From: an uncultured Gammaproteobacteria bacterium
Lineage (GTDB): Bacteria; Patescibacteriota; Patescibacteriia; Patescibacteriales; UBA12465
DNA: 56,638 bases
NCBI GenBank assembly: GCA_964539545.1
Contig: CAZIJG010000005.1
Location: 8,062-64,699 of the forward strand
Reading direction: 5' to 3'
Part shown: positions 8,339-17,179 of the stretch, one piece after another
Position numbering within the stretch: position 1 is the first letter of the stretch
Layout: every line of letters starts with the position of its first letter
The notes under the pieces: generated by a model
Database searches by the model: none
What the model was told of the DNA's origin: nothing
The model's input: the letters and a program-made list of their open reading frames with translations, nothing else
Position numbers and translations under genes: made by a program

Positions 8339-9640
8339 ATGAGTAAAATTTTCATCTACGACGAATTTAATCCCGAAGATAACGCCATGCTACAAGCCCT
8401 ATATTCTAGAAGTGCTTCTAGTGTAGAGGAACACGTAGATAGAGTTAGGTCTAGCGGTTCAGGCAAGTTCATGGAACGATTTTATGTTGGCTATGGTCAT
8501 TCTAGTATTGCCGATTGTGGTAGCACTACTATCTTCATCGAAGGCATCAGTATATTAGCAGACAAAGCTATCCAAGACTGGCCTCTTTACAGCGGACAAG
8601 AAACTAGCACTAGATATATCGACATGTCTAAGCAAGATATTATTGACCCAATTGATAATGACGTTTCCAAACAGATCTTAAATGATTGGATGGAATTCTA
8701 TACCAATAACGGTGAAGAAGTAAAAGAATATATTAAAAGTTCTTATCCTAGAGGACCTGAAGAAAATAAGAACCTATATGAGAAAGCAATAGCTGCCAGA
8801 AGCTTCGATATTCTAAGAGGGTTTTTACCAGCTGGCATCACTACTCAATTAAGTTGGCACACTAATCTGAGACAAGCTTGGGATAAACTAGCCCTATTGA
8901 GATATCATCCATTAGTTGAGACACGTGAAATTGCTAAAAATATTCTCAACGAGCTAAGAGCAAAATATCCTCATAGTTTTTGCCATAAAGAGTATGAGAA
9001 ACAAGAAGCCTATTGGAAACAATCCACCGTTGGTTACACCTATCATAATTCAGTTGCTCCGAAAGATGGTTACCAATTTAGTACTGATATAAAAACAGAA
9101 GATTTAGAGTCATACAGAGAATTGCTGGAAACTAGACCAGAAAAAACTAATCTGCCTTTATTCTTAGCTGATTTAGGATTAAATAAATTTAATTTCTTAT
9201 TGGACTTTGGCTCTTTCCGCGATCTACAACGACATAGAAATGGCTCTTGCCGCATGCCTCTATTAACTACTGAATACGGATTTAATAAATGGTATTTGAA
9301 TCAATTGCCAAGCAACTTGCAGGAACAGGCCAAAGCCCTAATAGCTAAACAAGTAGATAAAATAAAAAACTTAGATGTATCTCCAGAAAAAAAACAATAT
9401 TATGTTCCTCTAGGTTTTAATGTTAATGTTAAGATTAGTTATGGCCTACCAGCTTCTATATATGTAACTGAATTGAGGACTGGCAAACTAGTACACCCTA
9501 GTCTAAGAAAAGTAGCTCATCTAATGCATAATAGCTTAGCGACTAACTTCCCTATTCTCAAACTTCATTCCGATCTAGAACAAGATGATTGGGATATACG
9601 CAGAGGTGGACAAGATATTATAGAAAAAACTAACGAATAA
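8339..9640 (+). CDS. Tandem-domain ThyX-like (flavin-dependent thymidylate synthase family) protein
   Basis: N-half has SGQETSTRY (the S-x2-E-x-S-x-RY part of the ThyX signature) and TNLRQAWDKLALLR...TREIAKNI. C-half has LQRHRNGS (RHRxxS) and TELRTGKLVHPSLRKVAHLM. The ORF track starts at TTG 8312, but ATG 8339 (MSKIFIYDEF) is more likely. Confidence 0.65.
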   Translation: MSKIFIYDEFNPEDNAMLQALYSRSASSVEEHVDRVRSSGSGKFMERFYVGYGHSSIADCGSTTIFIEGISILADKAIQDWPLYSGQETSTRYIDMSKQDIIDPIDNDVSKQILNDWMEFYTNNGEEVKEYIKSSYPRGPEENKNLYEKAIAARSFDILRGFLPAGITTQLSWHTNLRQAWDKLALLRYHPLVETREIAKNILNELRAKYPHSFCHKEYEKQEAYWKQSTVGYTYHNSVAPKDGYQFSTDIKTEDLESYRELLETRPEKTNLPLFLADLGLNKFNFLLDFGSFRDLQRHRNGSCRMPLLTTEYGFNKWYLNQLPSNLQEQAKALIAKQVDKIKNLDVSPEKKQYYVPLGFNVNVKISYGLPASIYVTELRTGKLVHPSLRKVAHLMHNSLATNFPILKLHSDLEQDDWDIRRGGQDIIEKTNE

Positions 9641-9645
9641 CTTTT

Positions 9646-10206
9646 ATGGAAACCAAATTCTTAGCAATCGTCGGTTTGCCTGGCTCAGGTAAGACAGAAG
9701 CTGTAAATTATTTAAAGGGTAAATATAACTGGCCAAATATATATCTAGGAGAAGCTACTTTCGATAGATTGAAAGAGGCAGGATTAGAGACAAATCCTAA
9801 AAATGAAAAAATGATGCGAGAAAAGATTCGAGAAGAGAAAGGCATGGCTGTTTACGCTGAATTAGCTTTACCAAAAATAGAAGCGTTAATCGGTCAAACT
9901 AATGTTATAATCATAGAGAGTCTATATAGCTGGGAAGAATATCTAATTTTCAAAGAAAAATATCCTAAACAATTTAAAGTGTTGGCAATATATGCCTCAC
10001 CGAAGACTAGGATATCTCGTTTAGCCAATAGACTTGTTAGGCCCTTCTCTCCAGAAGAATGTAAAACCAGAGATTATAAACAAATAGAGAACCTACATCA
10101 AGCTGGACCAATCGCCAGAGCTGAGGCTACCATTATAAATGAATTTGATAAAGAAAATTTATATAATCACATAGAAAAAATTCTTGAAAAATTAGCTTTA
10201 AGATAA
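9646..10206 (+). CDS. P-loop nucleotide kinase, UPF0200 / dephospho-CoA-kinase-like family
   Basis: LAIVGLPGSGKTEAVNYL (Walker A); ...IIIESLYSWEEYLIFK...ASPKTRISRLANR...RDYKQIENL...ARAEATIINE resembles the archaeal UPF0200-type small kinases. It sits between the ThyX-like gene and adk. Confidence 0.6.
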   Translation: METKFLAIVGLPGSGKTEAVNYLKGKYNWPNIYLGEATFDRLKEAGLETNPKNEKMMREKIREEKGMAVYAELALPKIEALIGQTNVIIIESLYSWEEYLIFKEKYPKQFKVLAIYASPKTRISRLANRLVRPFSPEECKTRDYKQIENLHQAGPIARAEATIINEFDKENLYNHIEKILEKLALR

Positions 10207-10210
10207 AATT

Positions 10211-10792
10211 ATGATGAACTTAGTAATCTTCGGACCTCCGGGCTCAGGAAAAGGCACTCAAGCAGAAAAAATTGCTAAATGCTACAACCTTGTTTCCTTG
10301 TCTACTGGAGCAATCCTCAGACAAGAAATAAACAGTAAACCACCAACACCTCTAGGCTTACAAGCAAAGCCTTATTTAGATAACGGTGGATTAGTTCCTG
10401 ATGAATTAGTAGTAGACATTCTAAAAAAAGAAATGTCAAAATTTCCTGAGAGTACTGGATTCATCTTTGATGGCTATCCTAGGACACCTCGCCAAGCAGA
10501 AGCTTTAAACACTGCTTTAGCAGAGGTTAATCAGGAAATTGCAGCCACTTTAGTTTTAGAAGTTGATCAAAAGGAATTAATCACTCGTCTATTAAAAAGA
10601 GGCAAAAATTCCGGTCGTAGTGATGACCAAAGTGTTACCGTCATAGAAAATCGTTTAAATGTCTATGAAAAAAACACTAGCCCCTTAATTGACTACTACA
10701 GAAACCTAGGAAAATTGAAGATAGTTAATGGCCTAGGCCCAATTGAGGAAATCTATAATCGCCTAAAGGATGAGATTGACAAGCTCTCCTAG
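10211..10792 (+). CDS. adk: Adenylate kinase (short-LID type)
   Basis: LVIFGPPGSGKGTQAEKIA...LSTGAILRQEI...GGLVPDELV...GFIFDGYPRTPRQAEAL...RSDDQ...IENRLNVY. Confidence 0.92.
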   Translation: MMNLVIFGPPGSGKGTQAEKIAKCYNLVSLSTGAILRQEINSKPPTPLGLQAKPYLDNGGLVPDELVVDILKKEMSKFPESTGFIFDGYPRTPRQAEALNTALAEVNQEIAATLVLEVDQKELITRLLKRGKNSGRSDDQSVTVIENRLNVYEKNTSPLIDYYRNLGKLKIVNGLGPIEEIYNRLKDEIDKLS

Positions 10793-10847
10793 GTGACTTA
10801 TAATAAAACTATAAAGGGGGCTTAAAGTCTCCTTTTTATTTAATTTT

Positions 10848-11462
10848 ATGATCAAGCAGAAAGGTAAACTTATCGTTTTATACGGCATTAATAACCTGGG
10901 CAAAAGTACCCAGGCTAGAATGTTGGTAGAAAGATTAAAATTTGCTGGATACAAAGCTAAATATATAAAATACCCTATTTACGATCTGAAACCTTCAGGC
11001 GTAATTTTGAATAATTATTTACGAGAAAACAATTATTTTCAATTAAATGCCAAAGAGGCTCAAATAATGTATAGTTTAAATCGCTTTCAATACCAACCTC
11101 AACTACTTAAAGACTTAAATGATGGCATCACAGTAATTGCAGAAGATTATGTTGGCACTGGTATTGCCTGGGGCCTAGGAGCAGGTGTTAAAGAACTATT
11201 TCTTAAAAAGATGAATGCTGGTCTATTAAAAGAAGACTTGGCTCTCCTATTCGATGGTGAAAGATTTACTGAAGCAAGAGAAAATAATCACAAACATGAA
11301 ACTAATGATGATTTAACTAACAAGGTAAGATGGGCTCATCTAAAATTAAAAGAAGAATACGGTTGGCATAAACTAGACGCCAACGATACTATTCCCTCTA
11401 TCCATGATAGAATATGGCTAAAAGTTTTAGAACTACTAGAAGGAAAAGATAATGCAATATAA
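10848..11462 (+). CDS. tmk: Thymidylate-kinase-like P-loop kinase (divergent)
   Basis: KGKLIVLYGINNLGKSTQARMLVERLK...MYSLNRFQ...VIAEDYVGTGIAWG follows the Tmk layout, but the DR(Y/H) motif reads EDY. Confidence 0.65.
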   Translation: MIKQKGKLIVLYGINNLGKSTQARMLVERLKFAGYKAKYIKYPIYDLKPSGVILNNYLRENNYFQLNAKEAQIMYSLNRFQYQPQLLKDLNDGITVIAEDYVGTGIAWGLGAGVKELFLKKMNAGLLKEDLALLFDGERFTEARENNHKHETNDDLTNKVRWAHLKLKEEYGWHKLDANDTIPSIHDRIWLKVLELLEGKDNAI

Positions 11463-11536
11463 AAACAGCTAGAAATAAGCTGTTTTTTGCTATGCTTAAG
11501 TTGCCATTTCTCAGCATTATAGTAAAATATAAATAT

Positions 11537-13045
11537 ATGGAATATGATACAATTATCGGCTTAGAAATACATGCTGAGCTAGATACAAAAAGTAAGATGT
11601 TTTGCGGTTGCAATAATGACAGCCAAGACCAGGAAGCAAACACCAATGTTTGCCCTATTTGTCTAGGACATCCCGGAACATTACCAGTCCCAAACAAACA
11701 AGCCATTGAATGGACTATTCTAGCTGGCCTAGCTTTAAATTGTCAGATCAATAAAATTTCTAAATTCGATCGTAAAAATTATTTTTATCCTGATTTACCA
11801 AAGGGCTATCAAATCTCTCAATATGATTTACCTCTATGTCATCATGGTAATCTAATTATCAACGATCACAATATTGAAATTACTAGAATTCATTTAGAAG
11901 AAGACACTGGAAAACTGACCCATCCTAAAGGATCAAAAGATACTTATATAGATTTTAATAGAGTTGGTACCCCTTTAATGGAGATGGTTACCGAACCAAC
12001 CATTCCTGATGCTCAAACAGCTAAAAAATTCTGTCAGAGGTTTCAACAAATTTTAAGATATCTAAATATTAGTCAGGCCGACATGGAAAAAGGGCAAATG
12101 CGTTGTGAGGCCAACATTAGTATTCAAGAGCCTGGCAAATGGGAATATTTAGGTGGAGGAAAAATTATCGCTAAAAAAAACCATACATTAAATCCAAAAA
12201 CTGAACTTAAAAACTTAAACTCTTTTAAATCAGTTGAAAAAGCTATTGAATATGAAGCAAAAAGACAAGCTGATGATTTAGCCGCTGGCCGAGAATTAAT
12301 TCAAGAAACTAGAGGTTGGAACGAAAATAAAAATGAAAGTTTCAAACAAAGAGTAAAAGAAACATCAGCAGATTATCGTTACTTCCCGGAACCAGATATT
12401 CCACCTTTGGAGATTACCAACAAAGACATTGAAAGAATTAGGGTAGACTTAGTAGAACTGCCTAATGCCAAGATTAAACGTTTCAAAAAACAATATGGTC
12501 TAGAAGAAGATATGTCCGAAGTAATTATAGCGGATAAAAAAATTGCTAATTGGTTAGAAAATGTTATATCTGAATTAAGAGCTTGGATTGAAGCTACTGA
12601 TGATAGCTGGGAAAGACAAAACAAAAAACTAAGTAAAACTGCCTATAACTGGCTAAGTAGTGAGCTGTTTAAACATCTAAAAGAAGATAATAAGAGTATT
12701 TCCGATATCAAAATCACTCCTGAGAATTTTGCTGAATTAATTACTTTGGTCTATCAAGAAAAAATTAATTCTTCAGCTGGCCAAACTATATTAAATAAGA
12801 TGTATAAAGATGGAGGAGACCCTACTGATATAATGAAAGAGTTAGGCCTGGAACAAATGGATAATAGCGAAGAATTAAGAGATGCAATCAAACAAATAAT
12901 TAAAAACAATCCCCAACAGACTAAACAATATAAAGAAGGCAAAGAGGCCCTAATAAAATACTTCATTGGTCAAACCATGGCTAAAACTAAAGGCAAGGCT
13001 AATCCAAAAATAGTAGAAGAAGTATTGAAAGAAGAATTAAAATAA
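11537..13045 (+). CDS. gatB: Asp-tRNA(Asn)/Glu-tRNA(Gln) amidotransferase subunit B
   Basis: MEYDTIIGLEIHAELDTKSKMFCGC...CPICLGHPGTLPV.N...DRKNYFYPDLPKGYQISQ...RIHLEEDTGK...MRCEANIS. ATG 11537 is preferred over the upstream in-frame extension from 11492. Confidence 0.93.
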   Translation: MEYDTIIGLEIHAELDTKSKMFCGCNNDSQDQEANTNVCPICLGHPGTLPVPNKQAIEWTILAGLALNCQINKISKFDRKNYFYPDLPKGYQISQYDLPLCHHGNLIINDHNIEITRIHLEEDTGKLTHPKGSKDTYIDFNRVGTPLMEMVTEPTIPDAQTAKKFCQRFQQILRYLNISQADMEKGQMRCEANISIQEPGKWEYLGGGKIIAKKNHTLNPKTELKNLNSFKSVEKAIEYEAKRQADDLAAGRELIQETRGWNENKNESFKQRVKETSADYRYFPEPDIPPLEITNKDIERIRVDLVELPNAKIKRFKKQYGLEEDMSEVIIADKKIANWLENVISELRAWIEATDDSWERQNKKLSKTAYNWLSSELFKHLKEDNKSISDIKITPENFAELITLVYQEKINSSAGQTILNKMYKDGGDPTDIMKELGLEQMDNSEELRDAIKQIIKNNPQQTKQYKEGKEALIKYFIGQTMAKTKGKANPKIVEEVLKEELK

Positions 13046-13055
13046 TCTCGCAAAT

Positions 13056-13087
13056 AAAAAATCGCTTATCAATCTAAGCGATTTTTG
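13056..13087. terminator. Bidirectional terminator between gatB (+) and miaA (-)
   Basis: aaaaaATCGCTTAtcaatcTAAGCGATtttt: 8-bp perfect stem flanked by A and T runs. Confidence 0.65.
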
Positions 13088-13098
13088 TTTTATTTAAT

Positions 13099-14031
13099 TT
13101 ATTTCAAAAATTTCTTAATCTCTTTAGCAGCTTCTTCTTGATTATCAACCCAATAAATTTTCTTTCCTTGTTTCTCCCAACGTCTAAACCAACTTCCCTG
13201 TTTTTTCGCAAAACGTCCAATAGCTGTATTTAATTTTTCAAACATCTCTTCATAACTGAGTTTTTCTTGCAAATAATACGAAATATATTTATATTCTAAA
13301 CCAAAACTTTCCAATCTTTTCCAAGTTAAGCCTTGCTTTTTAAGCCCAGCCACTTCCTCAATCATATTCTCGTTCTCTAATCTTTGTTTTAGTCTAGCCT
13401 CAATTCCATCTCTAAGTTCTGAACGAGGTTTGTCTAAACCTAAAATCAAAAATTCAAATTTTGGATGCTTCTGCTGCTGATTAATTTTTCCTTTATCTTT
13501 TAATATTTCAAAATATCTAATCAATCTTCTTTTATTATTTCTCTCACTATTATTCAATTTGTCAGCAAAGACAAAATATTTCTTCTTTAATTTCTTAAAT
13601 ATTTCTTCACTAGTCAATCCCTCTAATTCCTTTCTCAATTTGTCATTTGGTTTTGATATAGATAATTGAAAATTATCTACTAAAGCCTGCAAATACAATC
13701 CAGTGCCTCCAACTATTAAAGGTAACTTATCTCTGCCTGAAATATTTAATAATGCTTGATTTGCCTGGACTAAATAGTTAGATAAAGAAAAAATCTTTTT
13801 AGGATCTATCACATCTATTAAATGATAATTTATTTTTACTGCTTTCCCCTTAGCATCTTTAAACTTATATTCGGTTAAATCTTTCCCAGTGCCAATGTCC
13901 ATACCAATATATACCTGGCGAGAATCTGCACTAATAATCTCTCCGGCAAATTGATAAGCTAATTTTACAGCTAACGCAGTTTTACCACTAGAAGTGGGAC
14001 CCAGAACTACAACAGCTTTTTTCTTAATCAT
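13099..14031 (-). CDS. miaA: tRNA dimethylallyltransferase
   Basis: VVVLGPTSSGKTALAVKLA...EIISADSRQVYIGMDIGTGK...PLIVGGTGLYLQAL. Confidence 0.92.
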   Translation of the reverse strand: MIKKKAVVVLGPTSSGKTALAVKLAYQFAGEIISADSRQVYIGMDIGTGKDLTEYKFKDAKGKAVKINYHLIDVIDPKKIFSLSNYLVQANQALLNISGRDKLPLIVGGTGLYLQALVDNFQLSISKPNDKLRKELEGLTSEEIFKKLKKKYFVFADKLNNSERNNKRRLIRYFEILKDKGKINQQQKHPKFEFLILGLDKPRSELRDGIEARLKQRLENENMIEEVAGLKKQGLTWKRLESFGLEYKYISYYLQEKLSYEEMFEKLNTAIGRFAKKQGSWFRRWEKQGKKIYWVDNQEEAAKEIKKFLK

Positions 14032-14033
14032 AA

Positions 14034-15326
14034 TTAATCTATTAATTCTCCAATTAAACTAAAATTTTCATATCTAATTATTTTTACTTCCACAAATTTA
14101 CCGGCTAAGTCATTTCGATCATTATTGAACTTTACCGTTTTATAACCGTTGGTTTTACCAAAATATCTACCTCGACGGTTTTTTCCTTCAACCAATACTT
14201 TTAACTTTTGCCCTAAATATTTTCTATTATTTTTTTGACTAGTCTTCTGTAATATCTTTAATAATTTTTCTTCTCTTATCTTCTTGTCTTCCGGACTAAC
14301 ATCATCTTTCATATTAAATGAGGCCGTACCTGGACGAGGACTATACTGAGAAACATAGGCTAAATCAAACTTCACTTTCTTTAATAATTTTTTTGTATTT
14401 TTAAATTGTTTTTTAGTTTCAGAAGGAAAACCAACTATTATATCCGTAGTAATAGAAATATTTTTTTTAGTTTTTCTAAGTTTTCCAATTAATTTTATAT
14501 AATCATCCGCTTTATACTTCCGATTCATTTTTCTTAAAATCTCATCATCACCAGATTGTACAGCCAAATGCAGATATTTTACTAATTTATCCGCTTTGCC
14601 CATGGCAGCAATTAACTTATCGCTCATATCTTTGGGATGGCTGCTAAAAAAACATATCCAAAAATCTCCGTCTAAAGCATTCACTTCTAATAATAAATCA
14701 GCAAAATCTTTATTCTCATAACGATAGCTATTAACATTCTGAGCAATCAAAATTATTTCTTTGAAGCCTTTCTCTACCAAACCTTTAACTTCATCAATAA
14801 TCTGAGAATAGGGTCTATAGACCTCTCTGCCTCGGGCATAGGGCACTACACAATATGAACAAAAATTATTACACCCATTACCAATGGGCACATAGGCACT
14901 AAAATTATTGCTATAAATAGGAATAATTTTTAAATATTCTTCTCCTTTTATTTCTCTAATCTTATCTTTAACATCTCCAGTTTTGCCAGCTAACAAGCTA
15001 AACATATTTGGCAACTCGTTAATAGGCAAAAATAAATCAACCTTATACTTCAATCGTTTAATAACATCCTTTCTTTTACTTAAACAACCTGTGATAACTA
15101 TTTTGGCTCGTTCATTATCTTGCTGCACTCGCTTTACCAAGCCATAGGCCCTATCTTCCGCTGACTGCCGCACGCCACAGGTATTAATGATAACTATATC
15201 TGCTTTATCAACTTTAGCGGCCTCCAGGCCGTGAGAGCTTAAAAAACCAGACACTCTTTCACTGTCTGACTTATTCATCTGACAGCCAATGGTAATAATA
15301 TGATAACACTTATAATTCATAATCAT
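14034..15326 (-). CDS. miaB: tRNA-i6A37 methylthiotransferase (radical SAM, MiaB type)
   Basis: YHIITIGCQMNKSDSERVSGFL (UPF0004 domain), GCNNFCSYCVVPYARG (CxxxCxxC radical-SAM cluster), and a C-terminal TRAM-like domain. It lies directly upstream of miaA. Confidence 0.88.
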   Translation of the reverse strand: MIMNYKCYHIITIGCQMNKSDSERVSGFLSSHGLEAAKVDKADIVIINTCGVRQSAEDRAYGLVKRVQQDNERAKIVITGCLSKRKDVIKRLKYKVDLFLPINELPNMFSLLAGKTGDVKDKIREIKGEEYLKIIPIYSNNFSAYVPIGNGCNNFCSYCVVPYARGREVYRPYSQIIDEVKGLVEKGFKEIILIAQNVNSYRYENKDFADLLLEVNALDGDFWICFFSSHPKDMSDKLIAAMGKADKLVKYLHLAVQSGDDEILRKMNRKYKADDYIKLIGKLRKTKKNISITTDIIVGFPSETKKQFKNTKKLLKKVKFDLAYVSQYSPRPGTASFNMKDDVSPEDKKIREEKLLKILQKTSQKNNRKYLGQKLKVLVEGKNRRGRYFGKTNGYKTVKFNNDRNDLAGKFVEVKIIRYENFSLIGELID

Positions 15327-15332
15327 TTAAAA

Positions 15333-17102
15333 TTATTCTAAAACTTCTTCTACCTCCAATGATAAGCTATATAATTGATACAAAGACAACTCATCACTAA
15401 TCTCAGAAATAAATTTAATCTTTAGGCCAACCTCGGGCAACTTTCTATCATTTAAATATTCTAAATCTTTTTCTGGAAAAGTAAAATTAAAATAATATAA
15501 CGGAAAGTATGGAGTAACCCGTTCATAATAATAATTCATGTTTTTATCAGTCAACAATCCATTAATAACCTTTCTTTCTGGAAATAATAACTTATCGTGA
15601 TACTGAGTAACAATCACTGAATTATATTCGGTTAACTCTAAAACTTGTTCTATATTCTCACGATCTTTTTGAAACTTCCCATAGGTGTAATATAAACCTT
15701 CTTCTGAGCCAAAAACTAAGAAATAAAAAGATAGCAGATAAACAATCATTAAAACCATAGCAATAATAGAATTTTTTCCCAAACGTGCCCAATAATCTTT
15801 TAACGGTATTGCAGCTTTAGCCAAACGATCCAGAAAAATAGCCATCAATGGTATAGCCCCCAAGTACATGGGCAACCAATACCTAGTATATGAATTACCA
15901 ATCGTAAAGCTATTAGGATTAGGATTATCGGTAAACTTCCAACTACCATAATACAACACTAGTGCTGTCGATAAAGCTAACCAAGATATAATATATAAAA
16001 AATAACGCTTAGGCCAACGCCTAATATTAAATAAAAGTATAAAAAATCCTAACACCGCTGGCCAAAATAACCAATAAAACATATCAGCAAAATAATAGTA
16101 CAACATTTTAAAAGATTGCCAGGGCTTAAAACCAAAATAGAAAACTGTGTCTGAAATAGTGTTCCAAGCTTGATTCAAACTTTCTTTTTGATTAGACAGA
16201 GCTGAATTAATAAAATCTCCTCCAGCCTGACTAATTTGTACCAAAGAACGATTCATTTCACTATAACCTCCCTGGAGAGGAGACCCATAGATTACCTGAT
16301 TAGCAAACAACATTGGGAAAATCGCTATATAGAGACCAGCCAAAAATAATAATATTTTAGTGATACTGATACGATGTACATAAAATATCCACATCAGGAA
16401 TAATAATGGCAATAGCCATAACAATTCGGAAGTTCTAGTTATAACAGCTAAACCAAGAGAAATTCCGGCTAAAAAAGCAGCTAAGACAGAAAACCAATAC
16501 CTTCTGCCTTGTTTCCATTCAAAAAAGCCCCTAGTTCGCACGCCTTTCTTTCTAGCAATAAAAGTGGAAAAATATAAAAAGATAATTAGGAATACCAAAA
16601 ACAAAACGTTATGGAACATGCTTCTAGCTGAATAATAAATGTATACAGGAAAAGAAAATAATATTAGAGTGGACAGAAAAGCAATCCTTTTATTAAATAT
16701 TCTCTTAATAAATGAAAAAAAGAATATTAGCCCTAATGAAGCAAAAATTGGCGTTAAATAAGGTAAAATACCCGTTCCAAATACCTTAGCTAAAGAGCCA
16801 TACATCATAATCATGCCTAAAAAGCTAAGTGGTTTTAACCAGGGACCATCACTTAAAAAACTTCTTGGCTTCATTAAACCGGCTGTATATAGGTTATATT
16901 CCTCTTCTATCTGTAAACTATCAGTTTGAGCTAATGTTTTACTAAAGACATAATTAGCATTTTCGTCTGGTGATCCCCACTTTATATAATCGGGACTCTG
17001 AGCTATAAAATTGTAACTAGCTGAGACAAAGAAAAAAACAACGGCTAGAAAAATAACCGCTATTAATTGCCAATTATTGCTAAGAAATCTCTTTATTTTC
17101 AT
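15333..17102 (-). CDS. Polytopic membrane protein, GT-C fold glycosyltransferase-like (ArnT/PMT, GT39-like)
   Basis: 589 aa with more than 10 predicted TM helices and a soluble C-terminal ~120 aa. The early extracytoplasmic loop (SPDENANYVF) and overall layout resemble GT39/ArnT-type enzymes common in CPR. Family assignment was not verified by search. Confidence 0.55.
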   Translation of the reverse strand: MKIKRFLSNNWQLIAVIFLAVVFFFVSASYNFIAQSPDYIKWGSPDENANYVFSKTLAQTDSLQIEEEYNLYTAGLMKPRSFLSDGPWLKPLSFLGMIMMYGSLAKVFGTGILPYLTPIFASLGLIFFFSFIKRIFNKRIAFLSTLILFSFPVYIYYSARSMFHNVLFLVFLIIFLYFSTFIARKKGVRTRGFFEWKQGRRYWFSVLAAFLAGISLGLAVITRTSELLWLLPLLFLMWIFYVHRISITKILLFLAGLYIAIFPMLFANQVIYGSPLQGGYSEMNRSLVQISQAGGDFINSALSNQKESLNQAWNTISDTVFYFGFKPWQSFKMLYYYFADMFYWLFWPAVLGFFILLFNIRRWPKRYFLYIISWLALSTALVLYYGSWKFTDNPNPNSFTIGNSYTRYWLPMYLGAIPLMAIFLDRLAKAAIPLKDYWARLGKNSIIAMVLMIVYLLSFYFLVFGSEEGLYYTYGKFQKDRENIEQVLELTEYNSVIVTQYHDKLLFPERKVINGLLTDKNMNYYYERVTPYFPLYYFNFTFPEKDLEYLNDRKLPEVGLKIKFISEISDELSLYQLYSLSLEVEEVLE

Positions 17103-17179
17103 GCAACCTAGATTATTATTGATTTATATTACCTTAACAAAAAATACCCATTTTAGCAAGAATTTGCTATGATAATAAT

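Noticed and set aside
11492-11536. N-terminal extensions offered by the ORF track for gatB (11492), the ThyX-like gene (8312) and atpE (29484)
   Set aside because: The conserved protein N-termini begin at internal ATG codons (11537, 8339, 29463). The extensions are not conserved-looking, and two of them (8312, 29484) start at TTG.
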